From the NCBI GenBank assembly GCA_009602735.1, contig WELA01002702.1, forward strand, positions 52,408 to 86,178: a stretch of DNA of 33,771 nucleotides, in the 5' to 3' direction. A program made the translations under genes and the position numbers. The stretch is from Mesotaenium endlicherianum. Its lineage: Eukaryota. The notes beneath the pieces are model-generated. The model saw nothing but the letters and a program-made list of their open reading frames with translations, did no database searches and was not told where the DNA came from. Shown piece after piece: positions 1 through 10,083 of this stretch (position 1 is its first letter; every line of letters starts with the position of its first letter).

Positions 1-2
1 GG

Positions 3-167
3 GGGGGGGATCTGCGCGTGACAGCTGTCGCGTGGGGGCCGTCCGAGCAAGCGGGCCCCGTGATGCAGACGGCCAGCGCCAAGCTGGACCTCAAGGAGCC
101 CTACTACCGCATGTCCCAGAGCTCTGTGTACACGTGGCCTCAGGACCAGCCGCCAGCCCAGGAGCAG
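3..167 (+). CDS. Penultimate coding exon (5' end outside the window or unresolved) of an unidentified gene: ...GDLRVTAVAWGPSEQAGPVMQTASAKLDLKEPYYRMSQSSVYTWPQDQPPAQEQ
   Basis: GC3-rich open frame ending in a strong donor CAG|GTAAGC at 167/168 (phase 0). Family not recognised. Confidence 0.7.
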
Positions 168-1283
168 GTAAGCTCACGGCTGGCTCTGGGCAGGAGGCGT
201 CTTTGGCCTGCCTGGCAGCCTTCGGGTGGCAGGGCAGTCGGGAGAGTGAATATTAACATCAGCGCCACAGTACTCTACATGCAGCATGAACCCTAATTTC
301 AGCCCTTTTATTGCATTTCCTCATATTTTTATGGCTTTGTGTTACACCTGCATTTGGAAGGAAAGCGCCTCACAGGCAGGCGGGTCGTCAGAGGCGTAAG
401 CACGTCAGTCGGGTGTTGGCTGTTGGGTCTTGATAGGGGTGAGGAAGGGCAGCGAGGGGAAGGAGGGGCATCTGAGCAGGAGCGGCTGTGAGAGAGATGT
501 GTGGGATGCGTGCCTCTTTGCAAGAGCGAGCAAGTGAACACGATATAGCAGGAGTTTTAGGGTTACACGCAATCGTCTCGTGGTGTTCTCTGCAGTAACC
601 CCGTGTCTTCAGAGAGGAGGAGTGTCACTGTCGACTGACGGCAGGCAAAGGGCTGTTGGCTTCTCCTACTTTCCTTTTGGTTTTATACGCGTCCCCCAGG
701 GGTGTGTGCTGGGCTGAAGGGGCGAGGGCAAGGGGTGGGCTCCACTTTGTCATCGTTACTGTCTGGGTTCAAGGTTTTTGGGTTCAGGGGTCTAGGGGTC
801 TAGGGGTCTATACCTGTGTGTGCTCATGCTTTTCGTAGCAGTCGTGAAGGGTCAGGGCCTTCCCAGCAGACTCTTGGGCATGGCTGGCGTGAGCGTAACC
901 TTTATGTGCACGTATGCGATCTTCTCTGGCCGTGCGTGCACGTGTGTGAGTGCGCGCGCGTGTGCACGTGCAGTTGCGCCCGCGTGCATGTGTCCACAGG
1001 CGTGCGTGCATATTTGGCTCGTGCATCCGCATTCGTGTGCCTGTGTGGTGTGCACCGTGCGCGCGGCGCGTGCATCTATCTGCGCTTGCGCGTCGTGCAC
1101 ACACGTATATACGTGCACATGCAGGGGTAAGCTCTCCCCGGCTTATTCTGATTGTGGGGGTGCGTTGTTGCGGTTGCGTTGCCGCCGCTCGTGCATGCTC
1201 TCCGGGTGTGCGCGGGCGTGGGCGTGGGCGTGTGCGCGTGCATGTGTGGGGCGTTTCGGACCTGCCCTCATGACCATCGTCAG

Positions 1284-1613
1284 CAGGCGCTGCAGCCGCA
1301 GCAGCAGCACCCGCAACCGCTACAGCAGCAGAGCGCAGAGGTTGCACCACATGGCAGCCTCTTGGTGCAGCCGCTGCCACCCCCGCAGCAGCAGCAGCAG
1401 CAGCAGCAGGAATCCAACGGCCTGCTGGCGTCGACGCCCCAGCAGCAGCAGCAGCCGCAGCAGCAAGGAGTGGGGCCGGACCTGCTGCAGCAGGCGCCCG
1501 GGCAGGGGGCTGGGTACTTGGAGTTTGAGGTCGGGGGTGGGGGGGGCGGGGCCGGGGGAGGCCTGCAGCGGCCGCAGCCTTTCTATTCGCAGGGCTCCTG
1601 GCCTCCTCAGTAG
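1284..1613 (+). CDS. Terminal coding exon of the same unidentified gene; Q/P/G-rich low-complexity C-terminus with Q8, stop TAG at 1611-1613
   Basis: Tandem acceptor cgtCAG|CAG|gcg (1283 or 1286) is phase 0, matching the donor at 167. The frame is open with CAG-rich codons to the stop. Confidence 0.65.
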   Translation, partial: QALQPQQQHPQPLQQQSAEVAPHGSLLVQPLPPPQQQQQQQQESNGLLASTPQQQQQPQQQGVGPDLLQQAPGQGAGYLEFEVGGGGGGAGGGLQRPQPFYSQGSWPPQ

Positions 1614-3109
1614 AAGTTAGCGCCGTGCTCTTGATAGGGGTTGATCCTACGGCCCTCGTCGGACGGGCCTCTAAGGCTGAGGGCCCAAGGTTGGGCCCTC
1701 TAATGTTGGGACCTGAGGTCAACATTTAGGATTGTGCCCAAAGGCTGGGACCTGAGGTGTTAGACTGGGCCCAAGGCTGGAGTTTCGGGGCGCCGCAAGA
1801 AAGGGCTAGGACGCTAGCTCGCTCGTTCTGAGAGTCGACTCACCCCCTTTCAAAGTCCGCCCCTTTGCGGTTGTCCTTCCCTTCCCCCCCCTCTTGCAGA
1901 GGAGGCGTAAGTTTTTGGCCAGGCTTTGGCTACAGAGCTTGTGGGGTTCTGAATTCTGATGGGAAACAAGGTTGTGCTGGACATCCTTCTCTGGAAAGCA
2001 TCCCATCTCACCTCAGAAGGAAATTAGAACAAGTTGAGGGCGTCTTGGTGTGCAGAGTCTGCTCGGCCGCAGAGGCAAGGTGTTAAAACACTACAAGGGA
2101 ACTAGCTCTTGCAGCCTTGCTAGCCAGAGTGTCGTCGAGTCACTGAGAGGTTGTTGAAGTGAATATTGCAAGTTCGAGACTGTCATTGAGTCAGTGGCAT
2201 TGAGTTAGTGACAGGTACCGCCGGATGTAGCCTGTTTTTGTTGGTCAGCAATTTTTGCAGAAAAATGTGAACTGCTCTTGGTTACTAATAGTAAGAGTGT
2301 TGTTTCTTAGTGTATGCATGCCGGGAAGTGTTGCCCATGCTGGGGTCGGCAAAGTGACACAACACATGCATTTACGCATCGGAGTCTATTGGGCATTACA
2401 TGCCTTTAATTAAGATCATGCCCCTAGCCGACCACTCACAAATCAACTTGGCGATTGTTACCATGCACTTCTGCACATGAATTTTTCATGCAACTTATTT
2501 AAACAAGAAACGCGTGAGAATTATGCTTGCAAGCATAAAAAGCCCAATTCATATCTTAAATTCAAATACAAATCTATGGTTGAAGTGCCGAGAATCATGC
2601 ATGGACCAATTTGATCAATGCAAACTAGTCTCTTTCATAATGAACTGCCGTGCGAGAAAAAATAGAGACGAGCAGCACTTCGGCGCTGGGCCACAACTAT
2701 ACCTTAATCTAAGGTTTTTATGATGAGATTCTTTCAGTAACACTAGAAAGCCTGGGCAAAAATACTCCTTCAATTGAGTATAGATGAAAAGCGCGCGTAC
2801 AGTCATGCCAATTTGATTTCAAATATAATCCCACATTTGCTATCTTAATGGGCACACATGCAAAGGATTAATTGGCAGTTTGCCGTGGATGTCTCTTGGC
2901 TTGTACAAATCGCATAACGATGCACCTCCAACTACCTTCCGACACACTAAAAAGTATGTGAACTCAAAGAAGTCCATGTCCTTTTTTTTCCTTTTAGTTA
3001 CTTTTGTGCAGCTATTTTGTTCGGGTCGTTTGGTGAGACCCAATTTTTCGCCCCTCTCAAGGTTCTATTTGTGATCGAGTATGAGAGTTCAAGCATGCAT
3101 TGTCGAGTT

Positions 3110-3532
3110 AGGGGGCACGCATAAAACGACTGCGTCAAAGTGCACGCAAAGTTCCGCTTGGGGGGCACGCAAAGACTGATTTCTAGGGGCACGCAAAGTT
3201 CCGCTTTGGGGGCACGCAAAGACTGAATACATTAGGGTCACGAAAAGTTCCGCTTCGGGGGCACGCAAAGTTCCGCTTCGGGGGCACGCAAAGACCGATC
3301 ATTAGGGGCATGCACGCAAAGTTCCGCTTCGGGGGCACGCAAAGATTGACAATATGAGGGGCACGCGAAGTTCGAGTTCGGGGGCACGCAAAGATATTGA
3401 CTATTTTAAGCTGATTTTTAAGGCAGGCGAGATTCCTTCAAGGGGCAACCCAAAGTTGACATCTCTAAGGTTGCAGAAATGACTTTTCTTTCAATGGCAC
3501 GCAAAGTTCCGTCACCGGGGGGGCACGCAAAA
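3110..3532. repeat. Minisatellite-like array of the GGGGGCACGCAAAG core (~12 copies at 3110-3393 plus ~3 outliers to 3532)
   Basis: Read directly. Cores are separated mostly alternately by TTCCGCTT(C) and by variable 11-13 nt A/T-rich spacers. Confidence 0.9.
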
Positions 3533-4857
3533 GCATGCTGATAATTAGACCCAATTAGACCTCACCCAGTAATGCCAAAAATGTACTCGTTGACTGCCAT
3601 TGACTTCCAGAATTTATGATGGAATCTGACTCATGCACGAACTCACGCGCGACGTTGTATTTCGCACAGAAGCTCGCTTGATGCTGCTCGATGCTGCTTG
3701 ATACTCGCTGATGTCAACTGATATAGGGAAGTCAAAGCAGAGGAATAGTTCGAGAAATTCAAGAGTTTTGGGAGTGGTGGGTGTTTCGTTGCGCATCTGA
3801 TATAGAGACGTTGAGGAAATGATCTGTGTGTTGTAAGAGCCTTGTAGGCCGAAGTATATCTGACTCTAGAAGGAGCCCGGAGGAGAGAGGAGGGATTCTT
3901 CTAAGTCTGGCACAGAGGGAAACACTTTAGGGCGTTACATTCATCTCTTGAAGGTGCACACGATTCACAGTCCACATTCATAGTCGCACAACCTCTCTGG
4001 CGCAATTCGTGAAAGAAGTTGTGCTTAAACGGGCTGTAGGGCATAGTATACTTTCACTTTCCTCCCTTCTGCGAACCTGTATCAATTGACTTCCGAGGAA
4101 AGAGTCGTTGTTGTGTGTTCTTTGTGCGGAATACTCATCACCTTAAATCAGTTTGTTCGCACTTGTGTTCGCACCCGCTCAACTTCAACATCAACATTGA
4201 GATAGAGTCATTTGTTGGCAGGCATGACATGGCTCGACTTGCTTGATTCTCATTGATTAAAGTTACACGTGTATTGCAGTCGATCATTTATAGAGAAAGG
4301 TCAATTCTCGCTTGAGTTCATCAGAGACAAAACAGAGAGGTGGGGCAGAGTAAGCAAATGATGCAAGTCAAGTTCTCTTTGAGACGAAACGCTGTTTTAG
4401 AAACCCTAATCAATAGTTGGGTTACATTCAGAAACCCCCTTCTGTGTTAGGGTTTACGTAACGTTTTTGGGATTTTTTTGGGCTCATGAGGGTTCCATAT
4501 GGCCAACATTGCTCCCTGGTTTGAAGGACAACAGAGGAGAACATGGCTGCTGGGTTTTACCAGCAGCATACTGCACTCTTCAAGTTTTGTGACGCAGGCT
4601 GGGAAACTAGTCAACCCTGCATGAGCCAGCTCGCCTTGCTGCAGGCGCGACGGTTTCAGGGTTAGGATTAGAGATTGAGGGTTTCACTTGCAGCATACTG
4701 CACTCTGTCTGTACTGTAAAGCAGGGTGGGAGCAGGAAACCAACGGCTAATTTATAACAATTGCACGGCCGGTTCTTACCCGTTGGAAACTTAAATGATC
4801 AGTGCCATTAATGACCATTGGTGGCTTCTGACATCATCGTTAGCTAGATGCTTGAAT

Positions 4858-5060
4858 TCTGCTTCTATGCTACAGTTCACGTTGTCATCAAAAAGAGGGG
4901 GGTGTTCTCGCATGCTGCTTCTATGGCACTGCATGTTGTCATCAAAAAGAGGGGGGGCCTGCTCGCTCGCATGCTGCTTCTATGTCACTCTATGCTGTCG
5001 TTAAAAAGAGGGGGGGGTGCTCGTGTGCTGCTTCAATGTCATTCTATGACGTGCGTGATG
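4858..5060. repeat. Tandem repeat with a ~55-59 bp unit (GCTGCTTCTATG...GTTGTCATCAAAAAGAGGGGGG...), 3 copies plus a partial copy
   Basis: Units start at about 4858, 4914, 4973 and 5027. Confidence 0.85.
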
Positions 5061-5261
5061 CATCTATGTCGAGTCCTGTCACTCATGGGCCACTTTTCAG
5101 GCGAGCCTCCTTCTTAAAGCCAGAACACTGGAGAGCGCTTGCGATGCTCGTATTGCAGGCGTTGCAGGTGCCGCAGCTGCTGCGTGAATACCCACAACAC
5201 GGCGCACACCTAGAAGGGAGCGCTCATGCATCTGGGAGGCGCCGACTGGGGTAGGCTGTGA

Positions 5262-5412
5262 AGATTTAGGGGGTTTAGGGAAGGAGTCAGGCCTCCCTTG
5301 GGCCTTGGCGCGTTGCAGCCACGGTTTAGGGAGTGAGGTTCAGGCTCAGGGCTTGCGAGTTTGGGATATAGGGTTTAGGGTCAGGCTCAGGCCTAGGGTC
5401 TTGGGTTTAAGG
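5262..5412 (+). repeat. Degenerate telomere-like (TTTAGGG/TCAGG variants) tract immediately upstream of the SCYL2 ATG
   Basis: Several tttaggg/ggtttaggg motifs. Similar tracts occur at 770-810, 11095-11180 and, on the C-strand, 21395-21445. Confidence 0.55.
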
Positions 5413-5422
5413 TCCTCCCGAG

Positions 5423-5491
5423 ATGATGAATCTCGCAGGCTTCACCAATATCTTGGCCAAGACGGCCGCGCACATAGAGAAGACAGTCCAG
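5423..5491 (+). CDS. SCYL2: SCYL2 exon 1: [23 protein letters not shown]
   Basis: ATG at 5423, donor CAG|GTACTC; resembles the plant SCYL2 N-terminus (LAKTAAxIEKTV). Confidence 0.9.
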
Positions 5492-8400
5492 GTACTCGAT
5501 TTTTATTTTCTTTTCTTTTCTTTTACGAGGTAACTGGCGCATTGCTGTCGCGAATCGCAAGTTTTTTTTTCTTAATCTTCTTATTTTCTCACTCGAATTT
5601 TCCTTCTCTCGCGTGATGTTTTCCCTCTTCACGTTTCCTGCTTTTGGGCCTCCGGCACGGTGGGCTCTGCGCCAGGTGGCTTACGCGATCGTGCGCCACG
5701 TGTCGGCCTGGCACCAGTGCCTAGCACCTGTGCGTTGCTTTCTGAGCCTTGTAGCCTCATCCTTCTCCAACGTAATTTTTGCCTTGTGCGTCCCTTGTGC
5801 GTCTCAACTTTCAACTTGCAGAGCTCGATCCACGATGTGACTGGGCCCAAGGCGCTGACAGAGTATGACATCCACGAGCAGGTCTGTCTGATTCGTCTCT
5901 TATCCCTCCCGTCTGTACTCTCTGTCCCTCGTGTTTAGGCATCTTGTCCCTCGCTGCTGCTAGCTCCACTTAGGAGAAGCGATGTTCTTGTTCGCACTCT
6001 ACTCTTGAGTTATGTCTCGTGTTACCTCATACATTTGAAAAGGCCGTCTCCAAAGCTTTCATTTGATTTAGCTTTCACCCAAGCCGAGCCAAAGTTCCAA
6101 ACTTCTCCATCTTCTTCCTATCCTGAACCCAAAAACTTGAACCCCATACTCGACGCCCTAAACATGAAGCACGTATGCTCAAAACCCTATAACCCTTGGC
6201 CACCTGTCCGTATGTCGCCACGTCGTCCTTGGTGCTTCATCTTGTGACAACCTGGCCGACCTCGGTCTGACAATGCTTTGACCCATTCTCACATGCGTTG
6301 TTTGTAAGACATCATCGTTGTGCGTCTAAGAATGTATGATGTGAGAAGAAAACACCCAGGCACTGTTTCCACCATGCCCCCTTAAGTCCACTCTGTGTGC
6401 ACATCGGAACAAGCGGCGCTCAAACTTGGTCCAGGCAAATAGGTCAGGCGGACAGAAGTGAGCGTAAGGTGCTGTCAGGCGGACGATTGTTGTTCCACTC
6501 GTGCCAAAGCTAGAGCTGTTGGGGATCGCAAACATCCAGCCCCAAGTTGATTAACCGCACCTCCCCCGGACCTCGCTGAAGTAGTCACTGGCAGAGGTAG
6601 TGAGTGACTCTATGTGGGAGAGGTTGACCTAATCTGCAGCTTCTTGCCTGCTGCCATGGCTGCCGCCCGCCCTTCCTGTGTTGGAAGGCTTTCATTTCAT
6701 TTTGTTTCGTTACGTGCCATCATTTTATTTTGGCTTTGTTGGAATTAAGCCTCACGTTTAATCATTTTCATCAAAGAGCATGGCGCTGAGCCCTCTACCT
6801 GCCCTGGGCCGAAGAGCGCTTGCTGGAAGGCTGCGTCTTCTGTGGAGGAGGCATGACTGGGGGAGGCTTTTGGGATGTTAGAGGCTTTGCTGGCAGGTTC
6901 AGTGGCCGTTAAGTGAAATTAGTGAAGGGTTCTAGGGATTAGGGCTCAGACGCGAAATGAATCGGGGCCAATGGTTTTGGAACAATATTTTGGGCCAAAA
7001 GACGGAACAATATTTTGGGCCAGGGTTTTAGTCCGAGTTTTTTTTCGGGCCAAGATTTGGGCCATGGGTTCCATGTGAAGGGTCAGTCAAGTAGGGGAAG
7101 GTCTGGTATACGCACACACACTCAAGCGCACAGACACGCACGCACACACACAGGCACACGCACATACATACACAAGCACACACACATACACACACAAACA
7201 CAGAGAGAGAGACACACACAGGCACACGCACAGGCACACGCACTCGCACACACACGCGTGCACACATACACAGAGAGAGGAGGGGGAGGGGGAGGGGGAG
7301 AGACACACAGAGAGACACAGAGAGACACAGAGAGACAGAGACAGAGACATGCTAATTTATTCCCTTCCACACAATGTGCGAGCCTTTCCTGCCGGCACCT
7401 TTGCTCACGAAGCCCTGTGCTTCTTAATCCCCGTCCACACACACGCCATACACTGGTTGGTTCAGGCGGCCCAGGTGGACCTTTATGCTCACCAAGCCCT
7501 CTACTCTGCAAGCCCTGTGCTCATTGATCCCCGTTCACATACGCGCACTTCACCGGTGGGCTCAGGCAGGCCACGCCAGCATCTCTGCCTCTTCAATCCC
7601 CGTTCACACACGCGCGAAAAGAATCCCATGATGAAACCTCTGCTCACCCGATCCCTGTGCTCGCTGATCCTGTCGCGCGCAATGCAGAGGTGGGCTCCGG
7701 CAGCGCACGCCGGCCCGCTGCTTACCCAGCCATTTGCTCAGCTAGCCCCGTCCGCACTTGCGCACAATTCGCAGGCGGGCTCTGGCAGCGCACGCCCACC
7801 CCCCTGCTCACGACGCCCTGTGCTCCTCGAACCCCATCCACACGAGCCTTTGTTTGTTCACCAAGCCCGCTTCGCACCAGATCCCGTGCTCCCGTGACCC
7901 CGTTCGCACTCGCGCGCGATTCGCAGGTGGGCTCGGGCGGCCCGGGCTGGCCTGATTCTCACCAAGCCCTGTGCTCTCCTAACCCCGTTCACACCCGCGT
8001 GCGCAACTCGCAGGTGGGCTCCGGCGGCCCGGGGATGCTCTGGAAGCTCTACAGGGGCACTCCCAAGAGCAAGCCGCAGCACAGCTCCAGTGCTGAGGTC
8101 TGCGTGTGGCTCCTGGATAAGAAAGCGCTCGCAGAAGAGCGCGGCCGGCGCGGCACCAGGTGGGGCGGGCCCCTATCCTGTGGAACAACCCCTGCATTCC
8201 TGCTCACACACGTGCCCAGCTCTTGTCGGCCTGATGCCTGATCTTGGTCGCAGAGTAACCGATAAGTCATCCGCGTTACGACGGTGTGTCACTGTCAGAA
8301 AGTTGTGATTCATAGAAGAAATAAAGTCTATGTTGAATGTACTCTGCTATCAGGAAACGCTTCGTTCAATCAGCAGAAACCGCTGTGTTCTGCCGGCGCC

Positions 8401-9493
8401 TTTAGGATACAAATTACCATCTCATTGAAATAATAAAATAAGTATTATGATTAATGTCAAAAACTTTAAAATACAATCAAATATGAGATACCTATCTGTT
8501 CTGCTGGCGCCTGCAGCAAGGCGGCAGAGGAGGCCCTGCTGGAGATCTTCCGCGCCGACGCCGCCCGGCTGCTGCGGCTGCGCCACCCGGGCGTGGTGCG
8601 CGTGGTGCAGGCGCTGGACGAGAGCAAGGCGGCCATGGCCATGGTCACGGAGCCGCTGCTCTGCAGCGCCGCCAACGCGCTCGGCTGCTTCGACAACCTG
8701 CCTAAAGCGCCCAAAGCGCTCGAGGACCTGGTGCGTTTCGTGCGTGTGCGTGTGCGTGTGCGTGTCCGTGTGCGTGAGTGTCGTTGGGATGCTTTGCTGC
8801 TTTGACAACCTGCCTTGCCGCAAGCGCCCAAATTGCTGCGTGGATGAAGTGCGGTCGTAGGTCGGTGGCTGGGTGGGTGTGTACGTGAGTGCATGCGTGC
8901 GTGTGCGTGTGCGTGTGGGCTCCCCTGAGAATCTGCCCAACGTGCCGAAAGTGCTGGAGGACCTGGTACGTTTGTGTGTGTGTGTGTGAGAGAGAGAGAG
9001 AGTGTCTGCATGCGCGTGTGTGTGAGGGGGGGGGGGCTTCAACCTGCCCAAAGCGCCAAAAGCGCTGGAGGACCTAGTGTGTTTGTGGGTGGGTGGGTGG
9101 GTGGGCGTGCGCGTGCATGTGTGTTCATGCAAGAGTGTATATGTGGGTGTGGGTGTGCGTGTGTGGTAAGTGCCGAAAGCACCGGAGGACCTGGTGTGTT
9201 TGTGAATAGGTGTGTCTCTATGTGTGTCTAAGTGTGTGTTAATGTATGGTTGTAGGTGTGTGTGTGGGTGGGTGTAGGAGCTGTGCATGTGTGTGTGGGG
9301 GTGTTAGTGTGCGTGTGTGTAAGTTTTGGAAGCACTAGAGGACCAGGCGCGTAGGTGGGTAAATGTGCGTGTATGTGCGGGAGTAGGTGTGCAGTGTGTG
9401 GGGGTGTGGATGTTTAGTTGTGTGTGCATGTGTAACTGTGGGTGTGCGTGTGTGTAAGTCCCCTGAAGCCTCGGAGGACCTGCTGCGTTCGTG

Positions 9494-9524
<31 letters not shown>

Positions 9525-10029
9525 TGTGTGTGTGCGCGCGTGTGTGCGTGCGCGCGCGCGTGAGTGCGTGTTTGGAACGGCCAAAAGCGCCGGAGGATCT
9601 GGTGCGTTTGTGCATGGTCGGCGCTCTTCTCTGTGCGTATGCGTGTGTCAGTGTGTGCTTGTGTGCATGTGCATGGGTCTCTCTCTCTGTGTGTGTGTGT
9701 GTGTGTGGGTGGGTGTGTGCGCGCGAGTTCGTGCACGTAGGTATGTGTGCGTGTGGGCTTAAAACTTGAGTTTCCAGTCGTCTGGTGCTTACCGGGCCTG
9801 TGCGATTCCCCTTCTTTTTTCTGGCTCTGTCTGGTCTGATCTCCTCACTAGTTTGTCTCCTTCTCTCGTCAGAAAAGGTGACGGAAATTTGAGAGACCTG
9901 TTGGCATGGGCAACTCTGGATGGGAACCCAAATGCATCACGAGAGATACCTGATTGCAATTTCTAGCCTGTCATGTGCGTGCCTGCATGCGCCGCTGTGC
10001 TCGCGTGCTTCCCCGCGTGCATGCGCGCG

Positions 10030-10083
<54 letters not shown>

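Noticed and set aside
808..1725. 305-aa minus-strand ORF and the overlapping 266-aa plus ORF
   Set aside because: Products of the alternating purine-pyrimidine tract and of CAG repeats read in other frames; no recognisable domain.
3110..3393. CRISPR-like repeat-spacer array
   Set aside because: The core is only ~14 nt, the spacers are 9-13 nt and related to each other, there are no cas genes, and the context is eukaryotic.
3614..4340. Possible degraded gene or transposase on the minus strand
   Set aside because: Only short ORFs with no recognisable motif, and no consistent exon chain could be built.
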